Origin: Nocardioides sp.
Lineage (GTDB): Bacteria; Actinomycetota; Actinomycetes; Propionibacteriales; Nocardioidaceae
Direction: 5' to 3'
Assembly: GCF_014360585.1 (NCBI RefSeq)
Contig: NZ_JACIXG010000012.1
Location: forward strand, 3,196 to 67,195
Length of the DNA: 64,000 bases
Below are positions 9,206 through 19,273 of the stretch, piece by piece. How positions within the stretch are numbered: position 1 is the first letter of the stretch; each line of letters begins with the position of its first letter. The position numbers and the translations under genes were made by a program. Under the pieces are notes generated by a model. That model was not told the origin of the DNA. It was given only the letters and a program-made list of their open reading frames with translations, and did no database searches.

Positions 9206-10756
9206 TCAGGCCTCGACCCGCTCGCCCTTCGGGTCGTAGGTCTCCCAGTACGTCGCCCCGGTGATGCCGAGCGCCAGCGGGTCGAAGACCGGGTCCAGAC
9301 CCTGCTTCTTCTGCCGCTCGAAGTCGCGGAGAGCAGCGAACGCGGGCTGCTGGAGGACGAGGATCCCGAGGATGTTGAGCCATGCCATCAGGCCGACGCC
9401 GATGTCACCGAGCGTCCAGGCGCCGCTGGCCGTCGACACGCAGCCGTACGCGGACGCGACCAGGATGACGGCCTGCAGGCCCAGCGTGGTCGCCCGCCCG
9501 ATGGTGACACCGCGCTGCCCGCCCAGCCGGACGGTTGCGAAGCGGCCGACGATGAAGCGCAGGTTCGTCTCGGCCATGTAGTAGTAGGCGACCATCGTCG
9601 TGAAGCAGAAGAACGCCAGCGAGACCGCGATGAAGGAGGCGCCGATCCCGGGGAACACGGTGTCGAAAGCCGACTGCGTGTAGGCCGGGCCGACCTCCGC
9701 GCCGGCGGCGAGGATGCCACCGTCGGCGAGCACGTCACCGCTCTCGCTGCCGTTGTCGAAGACGCGGTAGGCACCGGTGGACAGGATCAGGAAACCCGTC
9801 GCTGTGCAGACGAACAGGGTGTCGACGTACACGGCGAACGCCTGGACCAGGCCCTGCTTCGCCGGGTGGGAGACCTCGGCAGCGGCAGCCGCGTGCGGCC
9901 CCGTGCCCTGCCCCGCCTCGTTGGAGTAGACGCCGCGCTTGACGCCCCACATCACGGCCAGACCGAGCACCGCACCGAACGTGGAGTGGAGGCCGAAGGC
10001 GCTCGAGAAGACGTCGTTGAGGACCGCCGGGATCTTCTCGGCATTGACGAACACGACGATCATGGCGACGAGGACGTACGTCACCGCCATGAACGGCACC
10101 ACGAGCGTCGCGAACGACGCGATCCGCTTGACGCCGCCGATCACGACGAACGCGAGGACGATGACCGTTCCGACCGCAACGGCCCACGACGGCACGTCCC
10201 AGGCGTTGCCCATCGCGGCGGTCATCGAGTTCGCCTGGACGCCGGGAAGGAGTACGCCGCACGCGAGCACGGTCACGGCCGCGAAGATGAACCCGTAGAC
10301 GGTGAAGTAGCGGTGGGCGCGGGTGTGCGCGAAGGCGCGGCTGAAGTAGTAGGCCGGGCCGCCGCGGTACTCACCGGTCAGTGGGTCGCGGGTCTTGTAG
10401 ATCTGGCCCAGCGTGCTCTCCACGAACGAGGTCGAGGCGCCGAGGAACGCGACTGCCCACATCCAGAACATCGCGCCGGGGCCACCGAACGCGATCGCGG
10501 TGGCGACACCGGCGATGTTGCCCGTCCCCACGCGTCCGGCCAACGACATCGCGAGCGCCTGGAACGAGGAGACCCCAGAGGGCGACTTCTTCCCGCGCGC
10601 GAGGAGCCGGATCATCTCCGGGAAGTGCCTCACCTGGAGTAGCCGTGACCGCACGGAGAAGTACACCCCCGCGGCGAGACACAGATACACGAGCCAGTTG
10701 CTCCATATGACACCGTTGATGGCGCCCAAGATGTCCGTCATCCGTCTTCCCTTCAT
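9206..10756 (-). CDS. alanine/glycine:cation symporter (AGCS family)
   Basis: SSFQALAMSLAGRVGTGNIAGVATAIAFGGPGAMFWMW signature region; about 11 TM segments. Possible start at Met6 (10741). Confidence 0.88.
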   Translation of the reverse strand: MKGRRMTDILGAINGVIWSNWLVYLCLAAGVYFSVRSRLLQVRHFPEMIRLLARGKKSPSGVSSFQALAMSLAGRVGTGNIAGVATAIAFGGPGAMFWMWAVAFLGASTSFVESTLGQIYKTRDPLTGEYRGGPAYYFSRAFAHTRAHRYFTVYGFIFAAVTVLACGVLLPGVQANSMTAAMGNAWDVPSWAVAVGTVIVLAFVVIGGVKRIASFATLVVPFMAVTYVLVAMIVVFVNAEKIPAVLNDVFSSAFGLHSTFGAVLGLAVMWGVKRGVYSNEAGQGTGPHAAAAAEVSHPAKQGLVQAFAVYVDTLFVCTATGFLILSTGAYRVFDNGSESGDVLADGGILAAGAEVGPAYTQSAFDTVFPGIGASFIAVSLAFFCFTTMVAYYYMAETNLRFIVGRFATVRLGGQRGVTIGRATTLGLQAVILVASAYGCVSTASGAWTLGDIGVGLMAWLNILGILVLQQPAFAALRDFERQKKQGLDPVFDPLALGITGATYWETYDPKGERVEA

Positions 10757-10918
10757 CTACAAGTCGCTCGGATGAAGGGAAACACTCTCAGACGCCCGCC
10801 ACGCGAGTGTTCCCGAGGGGTTCCTTCTGCGTGAGCCGAGGGTCTGACGACACGCCGGATACGCACTCGGGGCTGTGACTGGCTACGATTGTCCCGCCGT
10901 CGCGGAGACGCACGGCAT

Positions 10919-10991
10919 GCCGGTGTAGCTCAGTTGGTAGAGCGCCTCACTTGTAATGAGGATGTCGCGGGTTCGACTCCTGTCACCGGCT
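10919..10991 (+). tRNA. tRNA-Thr (anticodon TGT); CCA encoded at 10992-10994
   Basis: Acceptor GCCGGTG/CACCGGC, D-arm TAGCTCAGTTGGTAGAGC, anticodon stem-loop CCTCA-CTTGTAA-TGAGG, T-arm GCGGGTTCGACTCCTGT. Confidence 0.95.
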
Positions 10992-11003
10992 CCAGTCCCT
11001 GAC

Positions 11004-11870
11004 TCAGCGGAGCTGAGTGACCTCGTACGTCGTCGGCGGGTCGGCGATGTCGTCCTGCGAGGCGATGAGCTCGAGCTCGCGGCGGCCGGACCTGAGGGTG
11101 CGGTCGAGGATGGCGAAGAGGGTGTTGGCAGTGCGGCCCAGTGCGGTGGGGGTCGAGCCAGTCGAGAGCAGGTGGGAGAGGTAGACCGCCGCGGTGACGT
11201 CGCCGCCACCGTTGGGGGAGATCGGGAGCAGGGGAGTGGTGACCGACCAAGCGCCCTCCTCGGAGACCGCGATCAGGTCGAGGTGGGTGGGGTCGTCCTG
11301 GGTGATCACCGAGGTCACGAGCACGTTGGAGGGGCCCGACGCGCGGACGACGTCGACGGCGGCGAGCACCTCCTCGACGGTGTTCGTGGACTCCACGCCG
11401 GCGAGGAAGTTGAGCTCGAAGTGGTTGGGCGTGATCACGTCGGCCGCCGGGACGACCTCGTCGCGCATGAACTCCGGGATGCCCTCCCGGACGAACATCC
11501 CGCGCCCGACGTCGCCCATCACCGGGTCGCAGCAGTAGAGGGCTCGCGGGTTGAGCGCCTTCACGCGGCGTACGGAGTCCAGGATCACCGCGCCGACGGC
11601 CGGGTCGCCCTGGTAGCCGGACAGCACCGCGGAGACGGTGGAGAGAGCGTCGCGCTCGGAGATCCCCTCGATGACCCCGGCGACCTGATCGGCGTCCACG
11701 ACCGGTCCGCGCCACGCGCCGTAGCCGGTGTGGTTGGAGAAGTTGACGGTGAGCACCGGCCAGACCTCGTGCCCGAGGCGCTGGATCGGGAAGACGGCCG
11801 CCGAGTTGCCGACGTAGCCGAAGGCCACGTGCGACTGGATGGAGAGGATCTGCATGGAACCAGTCTCCAT
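11004..11870 (-). CDS. pdxY: pyridoxal kinase PdxY
   Basis: ILSIQSHVAFGYVGNSAAVFPIQRLGHEVWPVLTVNFSNHTGYG; ribokinase-like fold. Start at METGSM (11870) or MQIL (11855). The longer ORF-track N-terminus is a GC-rich extension. Confidence 0.88.
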   Translation of the reverse strand: METGSMQILSIQSHVAFGYVGNSAAVFPIQRLGHEVWPVLTVNFSNHTGYGAWRGPVVDADQVAGVIEGISERDALSTVSAVLSGYQGDPAVGAVILDSVRRVKALNPRALYCCDPVMGDVGRGMFVREGIPEFMRDEVVPAADVITPNHFELNFLAGVESTNTVEEVLAAVDVVRASGPSNVLVTSVITQDDPTHLDLIAVSEEGAWSVTTPLLPISPNGGGDVTAAVYLSHLLSTGSTPTALGRTANTLFAILDRTLRSGRRELELIASQDDIADPPTTYEVTQLR

Positions 11871-11878
11871 CAGCTCGC

Positions 11879-12496
11879 TCAGGCGGTCTTCTTCTGGGCC
11901 TGCTTCTGGGTCTGCTTCTGGGACGGGTCGTGGAGCAGCCAGGCGGCCACAGCGCCGCCGATGGCGCCGAAGAGGTGGCCCTGCCAGGAGACACCGGTCT
12001 GTCCGGGGAGGACCCCGAGCAGCAGGCTGCCGTAGGCGAGGAAGATGAGCACGCCGATGACGATCTGGCTGACGCGGTGGCTGAACAGGCCGCGCATGAT
12101 CAGGTAGACCAGCCAGCCGAAGATCAGCATCGAGGTCCCGGCGGTGATGCTGCCCGGAGGCGACATCACCCAGACGCCGACGCCGCCGACGACCCAGATG
12201 ATCAGCGTCGCCACGATCCCTCGACCGACGCCGGAGGCGAGGACCAGGAAGCCGAGGACGAGCGCGGGCACGGTGTTGCCGTAGAGGTGGGCCCAGCCGA
12301 AGTGGAGCACCGGGGCGAAGACGATGCCGAGCAGGCCGGCGTCGGTGCGCGGCACGATGCCGAGCGTGTCGAGCTGGTGTCCGCTGACGTAGTCGGTGGC
12401 CTCGAGCACCCAGAGCAGGGCGACGAAGCCGAGCGACCAAATGCCGGCCCGAAGCCAGTTGGCGCGCTGGGGCCGTGTGGGGGAATCCTGGCTCAC
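11879..12496 (-). CDS. rhomboid family intramembrane serine protease
   Basis: HFGWAHLYGN (HxxxxHxxxN), GTSMLIFG (GxSxxxxG), WQGHLFGAIGG motifs; 6 TM segments. Confidence 0.78.
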   Translation of the reverse strand: MSQDSPTRPQRANWLRAGIWSLGFVALLWVLEATDYVSGHQLDTLGIVPRTDAGLLGIVFAPVLHFGWAHLYGNTVPALVLGFLVLASGVGRGIVATLIIWVVGGVGVWVMSPPGSITAGTSMLIFGWLVYLIMRGLFSHRVSQIVIGVLIFLAYGSLLLGVLPGQTGVSWQGHLFGAIGGAVAAWLLHDPSQKQTQKQAQKKTA

Positions 12497-12509
12497 GCCT
12501 GAATTCTAC

Positions 12510-13106
12510 CTACCGCTCCACAGCGGCGAGCCGTTGCTCGAGACTCTCGTAGAGATAGGGGACGGCGGCCGGGTGAGGCCCGGTCTCGTAGAGCTCGGTG
12601 GCGAGGGCCCGAGGTGACTCCCCGGCGTGGTCGGCTGCCCAGGTGTTGCCACCCCCGGCCAGGGCATCGGGATCCAGCCGTCCGCCGTCGATGGGGATCA
12701 CGGCATCGGCCGCCAGCGCGACCCAGCGCCCGTCGCTGCTGCCGTCCTCGAACCAGGCCACCGGCACGGCGTACGCCTCGTCCTCGGTCATCTCGGCATC
12801 GATCTCGATCTGGCGACCGATCGGGTGGGACCCCTGTCGGCTCCACAGGACGGTCGTGACGTCGAGCCGGTCCGTGTCTGCAGGGCCGGCGGTGCCCAGG
12901 ACGACGTGGTCGGCGAAAGTCGCCCAGTCGCGTACGTCGGCCGCGGGGAACTCCGGAGGAGCGGCCCGGTCCAGCAGGGTCCGGGCGCCGAGCGCGGCGG
13001 CCCAGACCGCCAGCAGGACGATGAAGATGGTGCCGGTGATCTTGAGCCGGCGTGGCACCGACAGCGTCGGTCCGGTCGCTTTCTCGTCCACGTGCCCCCC
13101 GTTCAC
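12510..13106 (-). CDS. hypothetical membrane-anchored protein
   Basis: Single N-terminal TM (ITGTIFIVLLAVWAAALGA); GC3-rich frame; no recognisable family. Confidence 0.5.
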   Translation of the reverse strand: MNGGHVDEKATGPTLSVPRRLKITGTIFIVLLAVWAAALGARTLLDRAAPPEFPAADVRDWATFADHVVLGTAGPADTDRLDVTTVLWSRQGSHPIGRQIEIDAEMTEDEAYAVPVAWFEDGSSDGRWVALAADAVIPIDGGRLDPDALAGGGNTWAADHAGESPRALATELYETGPHPAAVPYLYESLEQRLAAVER

Positions 13107-13122
13107 CGCCGATGGTCCGATC

Positions 13123-13812
13123 CTAGTCAGGCAGGGACCAGTCGATCGGCGAACTGCCCTGCTCGACCAGCAACGCGTTGGCGCGCGAGAACGGCCGGGA
13201 CCCGAAGAACCCCCGGCGCGCGGAGAGAGGCGAGGGGTGGACGGACTTGATCGCCGGCACCTTGTCGAGGCGCGGCTCGAGGTTCTGGGCGTGCCTGCCC
13301 CACAGGATCGCGACCAGCGGCCCGCCGCGGTTGCCGAGCACGTCGATCGCCCGCCCGGTGACCTCCTCCCAGCCTTTCTTGGAGTGCGAGGCGGGAGCGC
13401 CGGGGCGCACGGTCAGCGAGGTGTTGAGCAGCATCACCCCGCGGTCGGCCCAGGCCGACAGGTCGCCGTGCTCGGGCATCTTCAGGTCGAGGTCGGTGGC
13501 CAGCTCGGCGTAGATGTTGCGTAGCGACGCCGGCAGCGGTCGTACGTCCTTCTCGACCGCGAAGCTGAGGCCGATCGGGTGGCCGATGGTCGGGTAGGGG
13601 TCCTGACCGACGATCAGGACGCGTACGTCTCGCAGCGGCCGCCGGAAGGCGTTGAAGATCCGGTCCCCGTCGGGGAGGTAGGGCCGTCTCGCTGCCAGCT
13701 CGTCGCGCAGGAAGCGGCCCATCTGCTCGATCTGCGGCTCGGCCGGCGCCAGCGCCTCGGCCCAGTCGGCAGCCATCAGGCCCTTGTCCACGAGTCCGGC
13801 GAGTGCGCTCAT
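13123..13812 (-). CDS. ung: uracil-DNA glycosylase (family 1)
   Basis: [30 protein letters not shown] motifs. Confidence 0.93.
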   Translation of the reverse strand: MSALAGLVDKGLMAADWAEALAPAEPQIEQMGRFLRDELAARRPYLPDGDRIFNAFRRPLRDVRVLIVGQDPYPTIGHPIGLSFAVEKDVRPLPASLRNIYAELATDLDLKMPEHGDLSAWADRGVMLLNTSLTVRPGAPASHSKKGWEEVTGRAIDVLGNRGGPLVAILWGRHAQNLEPRLDKVPAIKSVHPSPLSARRGFFGSRPFSRANALLVEQGSSPIDWSLPD

Positions 13813-13888
13813 AAATGGTGAGGGTATCGGCTGGCACCGACGGATAAGTTGTCCGTGGCAACTCAGGTGGACTCATCAAGGAGTAGAC

Positions 13889-14887
13889 ATGAAGTTCGGT
13901 TTCTTCGTCCCGCAGGGATGGCGCTTCGACCTCGTCGGGATCGACCCGGCGGACCAGTGGACGACGATGAAGGACCTGGCGACGTACGCAGACTCCGGCT
14001 CCTCCTGGGAGAGCATCTGGGTCTACGACCACTTCCACACCACACCGGAGCCCTCCGACCAGGCGACCCACGAGGCCTGGTCGCTGATGGCCGGTCTGGG
14101 CGCGGTGACGTCGCGGGTGCGGCTCGGTCAGATGTGCTCGTGCATGTCCTACCGCAACCCGGCCTACCTGGCGAAGGTCGCCGCGACCACCGACCACATC
14201 AGCGGTGGCCGGATCGAGATGGGGATCGGCGCGGGGTGGTACGAGCACGAGTGGCGCGCCTACGGCTACGGCTTCCCCGAGGCCCGCGACCGGCTCGGGA
14301 TGCTCCGCGAGGGCGTCCAGATCTTCCAGCAGGCCTGGACCACGGGCGTCTCGTCGCTGGACGGGAAGTACTACCAGGTCGACGGCGCCATCTGTCAGCC
14401 GCTGCCTCTTCAGCAGGGCCGTTCCGGCATCCCGCTGTGGATCGCCGGCGGCGGCGAGAAGGTGACCCTCAAGATCGCCGCGCAGTACGCCGACTACACC
14501 AACTTCATGGGTGACCCGGAGACGTTCAAGGCCAAGTCGGACATCCTCGCGGCACACTGCGAGAGCCTCGGGCGCGACTTCTCCGAGATCACCCGTTCCT
14601 CCAACTACAACGTGGTGCTGGGCGAGAACGAGGCCGAGGTCGCCGACAAGCTCGCCGCCTGGAAGGCGCGGCTGCTGCCGCACCTCGGTGAGGACAAGAC
14701 CGCCGAGATCATCGCGAACAGCAGCGGCCCCGGCGGGCTCGCCGGCACTCCCGAACAGGTCGTCGAGCGGCTCAAGGCTGTGGAGGAGCTCGGGATGACG
14801 TACGCCATCGGCTACTTCCCCGATGCCGCCTACGACCGCTCCTCGCTGGAGCTCTTCGAGTCGCAGGTCATCCCCGAGCTCACCTGA
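13889..14887 (+). CDS. LLM-class (luciferase-like) flavin/F420-dependent oxidoreductase
   Basis: MKFGFFVPQGW..., WVYDHF, GRIEMGIGAGW; SD AAGGAG at 13878-13883. Confidence 0.82.
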   Translation: MKFGFFVPQGWRFDLVGIDPADQWTTMKDLATYADSGSSWESIWVYDHFHTTPEPSDQATHEAWSLMAGLGAVTSRVRLGQMCSCMSYRNPAYLAKVAATTDHISGGRIEMGIGAGWYEHEWRAYGYGFPEARDRLGMLREGVQIFQQAWTTGVSSLDGKYYQVDGAICQPLPLQQGRSGIPLWIAGGGEKVTLKIAAQYADYTNFMGDPETFKAKSDILAAHCESLGRDFSEITRSSNYNVVLGENEAEVADKLAAWKARLLPHLGEDKTAEIIANSSGPGGLAGTPEQVVERLKAVEELGMTYAIGYFPDAAYDRSSLELFESQVIPELT

Positions 14888-14951
14888 GCCACAGCCGGCG
14901 ACAGCGTCGCGACGTTTTACAAGTGGGTGACCGCCCGGTAGGAAGACGTAC

Positions 14952-16502
14952 ATGAAGATGACGACTCTCCTCGGAGGAGCAGCGGTTGCTGCCGGTGTGG
15001 TCGCCGCGCGCGACCTGACTCAGCGCAAGCACGCGATCCGGCGGAACTTCCCGGTGATCGGGCATGCGCGCTACCTGATGGAGAAGATCGGTCCGGAGCT
15101 GCGGCAGTACATCGTGACCAGCAACGACGAGGAGCGGCCCTTCAGCCGTGACCAGCGGCGCTGGGTGTACGCCTCGTCCAAGGGTCAGAACAACTACTTC
15201 GGCTTCGGCACCGACAACGACATCGAGCACGTGCAGGGCCACATCCACATCAAGCACCGTACGTTCGCCGACAGCCTCCCCGACGACCACGACATGGCCG
15301 CGAAGCTGCCCTCGGCGAAGGTGCTCGGGGGCCCGCTGGGGCGCGCGAAGGCGTTCCGGCCGGAGTCGGTCGTCAACATCTCGGCGATGTCGTTCGGGTC
15401 GCTGTCGGGTCCGGCGATCAAGGCTCTCAGCCTGGGTGCACAGCGCGCCGGGGCGATGCACAACACCGGCGAGGGCGGCATCTCGTCCTACCACCTCGCG
15501 GGTGGCGCGGATCTGGTGTGGCAGATCGGCACCGCCTACTTCGGTTGCCGGAACCCGGACGGCACCTTCTCGATCGAGCGGTTGAAGGAGAAGGTCGCCG
15601 CGGCGCCGGTCAAGGCGATCGAGATCAAGCTGTCCCAGGGTGCGAAGCCGGGTCTCGGCGGGTTGCTGCCGGCGGCCAAGGTGACCCCGGAGATCGCCGA
15701 GATCCGCGGGATCGAGGTCGGCAAGGACTGCGCCTCACCGTCTCGGCACTCCGCCTTCTCCGACGTCGACTCGATGCTCGACTTCGTCGAGATGATCGCC
15801 GCCGAGACCGGGCTCCCGGTCGGCATCAAGTCGGCGGTCGGTGAGATGGAGTTCTGGCAGGAGCTCGCCGGCCAGATGCTGTCGGGAGAGCGGGGCGTCG
15901 ACTTCATCACCGTCGACGGCAGCGAGGGCGGCACCGGCGCCGCGCCGCTGATCTTCGCCGACGCCGTCGCGATGCCCTATCGGATCGGCTTCTCGCGGGT
16001 CTACGGCACCTTCGCCGAGCTCGGTCTCACCGACTCGATCACCTTCATCGGGTCGGCCAAGCTCGGCCTGCCCGAGAACGCTGCCGTCGCCTTCGCGCTC
16101 GGTGCCGACATGCTCAACGTCGGCCGCGAGGCGATGCTGTCGGTCGGCTGCATCCAGGCGCAGAAGTGCCACGACGACACCTGTCCGACCGGCGTCGCGA
16201 CCCAGAACAAGTGGCTCTCCGGCGGCCTCGACCCGCAGGACAAGGGCGATCGCTGCGCCAGCTATCTCAGGACCCTGCGCAGGGAGCTGACCAAGGTCTC
16301 CGCCGCCGTCGGTGTCCCCCACCCGGGCCTGATCACGCCGCACGACATCGAGGTCATGAACGGCGACTACGAGTCACGCACCCTCGCCGGCGTCTACGGC
16401 TACAAGAACCACTGGGGAGGCCTCGGGCCCGACGTGATCCGCGACCTCCTCGACGTCGTCCACCCGCACGGCTCCTTCAACGAGAAGCCGAACACCGCCT
16501 GA
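14952..16502 (+). CDS. FMN-binding glutamate synthase family protein (GltB FMN-domain-like)
   Basis: N-terminal TM; NFPVIGHARY, ISAMSFGSLS, NTGEGG, IKLSQGAKPGLGG, DGSEGGTGAAP motifs. Confidence 0.85.
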   Translation: MKMTTLLGGAAVAAGVVAARDLTQRKHAIRRNFPVIGHARYLMEKIGPELRQYIVTSNDEERPFSRDQRRWVYASSKGQNNYFGFGTDNDIEHVQGHIHIKHRTFADSLPDDHDMAAKLPSAKVLGGPLGRAKAFRPESVVNISAMSFGSLSGPAIKALSLGAQRAGAMHNTGEGGISSYHLAGGADLVWQIGTAYFGCRNPDGTFSIERLKEKVAAAPVKAIEIKLSQGAKPGLGGLLPAAKVTPEIAEIRGIEVGKDCASPSRHSAFSDVDSMLDFVEMIAAETGLPVGIKSAVGEMEFWQELAGQMLSGERGVDFITVDGSEGGTGAAPLIFADAVAMPYRIGFSRVYGTFAELGLTDSITFIGSAKLGLPENAAVAFALGADMLNVGREAMLSVGCIQAQKCHDDTCPTGVATQNKWLSGGLDPQDKGDRCASYLRTLRRELTKVSAAVGVPHPGLITPHDIEVMNGDYESRTLAGVYGYKNHWGGLGPDVIRDLLDVVHPHGSFNEKPNTA

Positions 16503-16505
16503 GAG

Positions 16506-16616
16506 CCGAGACGTCAGGTACGTCGCCCGAGACGTCGCTTGCGTCGGTCGAGATGTCACCAAGGTGCCAGCTCGACCGACGCGCGTGACGTCTCGGCCTG
16601 CGGGGGTGACGTCTCG
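16506..16616. repeat. array of diverged 21-bp CCGAGACGTC-type units: three direct, then two inverted
   Basis: CCGAGACGTC at 16506 and 16527, TCGAGATGTCAC at 16548; inverted GTGACGTCTCGG at 16585 and GTGACGTCTCG at 16606. Same unit family as the tandem array at 63061-63165. Confidence 0.75.
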
Positions 16617-17648
16617 TCAGGACTCGGTGGCGTAGCGGGCGCCGACGGACTCGCGGATCATGTCCATCTGGCGCATCAGGCTGAGTGTCTGGCTGTGCGG
16701 GACCAGCGGGGACTCCAGGAGCCCCTCGCGCAGGCAGCGCTGCACCTCGACGATCTCGTTGCCGTACGCAGCGCCGATGACGGGCTCGTCGCCGACGATC
16801 TCGACGGGCTCGTCTCCGTTGGCGGGCTTGAAGACCGCCGAGGACGGGTGGTGGAAGTCGGTCAGCTCGATGCGGCCCTGGTCGGTGGCGATGGCCGCCG
16901 AGCGGGAGGAGTGGGAGGTGACCGAGGCGACCATGGTGGAGAGCTCGTTGCCGGCGTACTTCCCGGTCATCACCAGGTCCAGGTCGAAGGTGCCGCCGGC
17001 GGCGCTGTCAGGACCGGTGCCGATGTTGGCCTGAGCGGTCAGCGCTCGGGCCTCGCCGAAGAGCAGGTGGGCGAAGGTGAGCGGGTAGATGCCCATGTCG
17101 AGCAGCGCGCTCGCGCCGAGGGCGGGGTCGAGCAGGCGCTGGTGCTTGTCGGGGTCGGCGACGAAGCCGAGCTCGGCGTGTACGTGGCGGGGGAACCCGA
17201 AGCGGCCAGACCGCACGTCGGCGACGACGCGCCGGACGATCGGGTTGGTCGCCATCCACATGGCCTCCATGAGGAACAGCTTCTTGGAGGTGGCCAGGTC
17301 GACCATCGTCTGCGAGTCGGCGCTGTTGAGCGTCAGCGCCTTTTCGCACAGCACGTGCTTGCCGGCCTCCAGCACGAGGGTGGCGTGCTCGAGGTGGTGG
17401 GAGTGGGGCGAGGCGACGTAGACGACGTCGACGTCCTCATCGGCGGCCAGCTCCTCGTAGGAGCCGTGCGCGCGAACCGGGCCGTGGGCGGCGTACACCT
17501 TCGCGAACGTCTCCGCGGACTCCTTGCTCCGCGATCCGACTGCCACGAGTTGGCCGTCGGGGACGAGCATCAGATCGGTGGCTAGGGAGTGGGCGATCCG
17601 GCCGGTGCCGAGGATTCCCCATCTGATCGGAGCAGAGTTGGTGGTCAC
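16617..17648 (-). CDS. Gfo/Idh/MocA family oxidoreductase
   Basis: IRWGILGTGRIA Rossmann N-terminus; VLCEKA motif. Confidence 0.85.
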   Translation of the reverse strand: MTTNSAPIRWGILGTGRIAHSLATDLMLVPDGQLVAVGSRSKESAETFAKVYAAHGPVRAHGSYEELAADEDVDVVYVASPHSHHLEHATLVLEAGKHVLCEKALTLNSADSQTMVDLATSKKLFLMEAMWMATNPIVRRVVADVRSGRFGFPRHVHAELGFVADPDKHQRLLDPALGASALLDMGIYPLTFAHLLFGEARALTAQANIGTGPDSAAGGTFDLDLVMTGKYAGNELSTMVASVTSHSSRSAAIATDQGRIELTDFHHPSSAVFKPANGDEPVEIVGDEPVIGAAYGNEIVEVQRCLREGLLESPLVPHSQTLSLMRQMDMIRESVGARYATES

Positions 17649-17676
17649 GGCCTCGACTCTAGTGGCCCGGCGGGTG

Positions 17677-19104
17677 CTAGTTGCCGTTGGGCGGAAGGAC
17701 GTTCTTGGTGTGGCTGCTCTGCACCGCGGCGAGCACCTCGAGGAACGTGTCGGCCCAGTGGCGGACGTCCTTGGAGGCGACCTGCTTGCGCATCGCCCTC
17801 ATCCGGCGGGTGAGCTCCTTCGGGTCGGCCGAGTACGCCTCCAGCAGCGCGGCCTTCATCCCGTTGATGTCGTAGGGGTTCACCAGCCAGGCCTGGCGCA
17901 GCTCCTCGGCCGCGCCGGCGAACTCGGAGAGGACGAGGGCGCCGTCGTTGTCGTAGCGGCAGGCGACGTACTCCTTCGCGACCAGGTTCATGCCGTCGCG
18001 ATAGGGGGTGACGACCATGATGTCGGCGGCGCGGTAGAGCGCGGCCATCTCGTGTCGTGGCAGCGAGGTGTGGAGGTAGGAGATCGCCGGGCGGCCGATG
18101 CGGCCGAGGTCGCCGTTGAGGTGGCCGACGAGACGGTCGATGTCGTCGCGCAGCTTGCGGTACTGCTCGACACGCTCGCGCGAGGGCACCGCGACCTGGA
18201 CGAAGATCGCGTCCTCGACGTCGAGCTCGGTGTCTCGCAGCATCTCGCCGTACGCGCGCAGACGGGCGTAGATGCCCTTGGTGTAGTCGAGCCGGTCGAC
18301 GCCGAGCAGGATCTTCTTCGGGTCGCCGAGCTGTTGGCGGATCTCCTTGGCGCGCTGGTTGACGGACTCGTCGTGGGCCATCTCGTCGAAGCCGATGAAG
18401 TCGATCGAGATCGGGAAGGCGGCGGCGTGCACCGTGCGCCCGTCGGGCAGGTAGACGAGGTCGCGATGGGTCTTGTGGCCGACCCGCTGGCGCACCAGCC
18501 GGACGAAGTTCTGCGCCGCCTGGGGAAGCTGGAAGCCGACCAGGTCGGCGCCCAGCAGGCCCTCGAGCAGCTGCCGGCGCCACGGCACCTGCTGGAAGAG
18601 CTCGGCAGGTGGGAACGGGATGTGGAGGTAGAAGCCGATGCGCAGGTCGGGGCGGAGCTCGCGCAGCATCTGCGGGACCAGCTGGAGCTGGTAGTCCTGC
18701 ACCCACACGGTCGCGCCCTTGGCAGCGACCTCGGCGCACTTCTCGGCGAACCTCTTGTTGACGCGCTGGTAGCCGTCCCACCACTCGCGGTGGAACTCGG
18801 GCTTGGCGACGACGTCGTGATAGAGCGGCCACAGGGTGCCGTTGGAGAAGCCTTCGTAGTGCTCCTCGATGTCCCGGGCGGTCATCGTCATCGGCAGCAG
18901 GTTGAGACCGTCGTCCTCGAAGGGCTCGAGGTCCTCGTCGGTGCCTCCCGGCCATCCGATCCAGACGCCCTCGTTGGCGCGCAGGACGGGTTCGAGGGCG
19001 CTGACCAGGCCCCCAGGGGAGCGCCGCCACGCCTTCGTGCCGTCCGGCATCTCCACTCGATCGACGGGGAGCCGATTGGCCACGATTACCAGGTCAGCCT
19101 GCAC
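17677..19104 (-). CDS. otsA: alpha,alpha-trehalose-phosphate synthase
   Basis: VIVANRLP, WVQDYQL, GFYLHIPFP, LGVDRLDYTKG, TPYRDGMNLVAKEY. GTG start at 19104 chosen; the ORF-track N-terminus is longer. Confidence 0.9.
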   Translation of the reverse strand: MQADLVIVANRLPVDRVEMPDGTKAWRRSPGGLVSALEPVLRANEGVWIGWPGGTDEDLEPFEDDGLNLLPMTMTARDIEEHYEGFSNGTLWPLYHDVVAKPEFHREWWDGYQRVNKRFAEKCAEVAAKGATVWVQDYQLQLVPQMLRELRPDLRIGFYLHIPFPPAELFQQVPWRRQLLEGLLGADLVGFQLPQAAQNFVRLVRQRVGHKTHRDLVYLPDGRTVHAAAFPISIDFIGFDEMAHDESVNQRAKEIRQQLGDPKKILLGVDRLDYTKGIYARLRAYGEMLRDTELDVEDAIFVQVAVPSRERVEQYRKLRDDIDRLVGHLNGDLGRIGRPAISYLHTSLPRHEMAALYRAADIMVVTPYRDGMNLVAKEYVACRYDNDGALVLSEFAGAAEELRQAWLVNPYDINGMKAALLEAYSADPKELTRRMRAMRKQVASKDVRHWADTFLEVLAAVQSSHTKNVLPPNGN

Positions 19105-19273
19105 GTCGCCGACTCTAGTAGACCGGACCCAGGTTCGGCGCGCTGTCGTTCCACTCACGACTTCCGGCCCCGTTCGGAATACCTGTCGAGTAACACGCCG
19201 CAGGGTGAACCACAGCCGTGTAGTTCGGCGGGTTACGCTGTCGTCAGATGCAGGCAACACGGGGGGACGAGGA

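Noticed and set aside
11871-12440. N-terminal extensions of ORF-track entries 11004-12440 (pdxY), 58388-59395 (small TM protein), 46673-48223 (GAF regulator) and 26154-27896 (fadD-like).
   Set aside because: The extensions overlap neighbouring genes or are Arg/Pro-rich. Internal starts give N-termini that match the family or the paralogue, and they have SD sequences.
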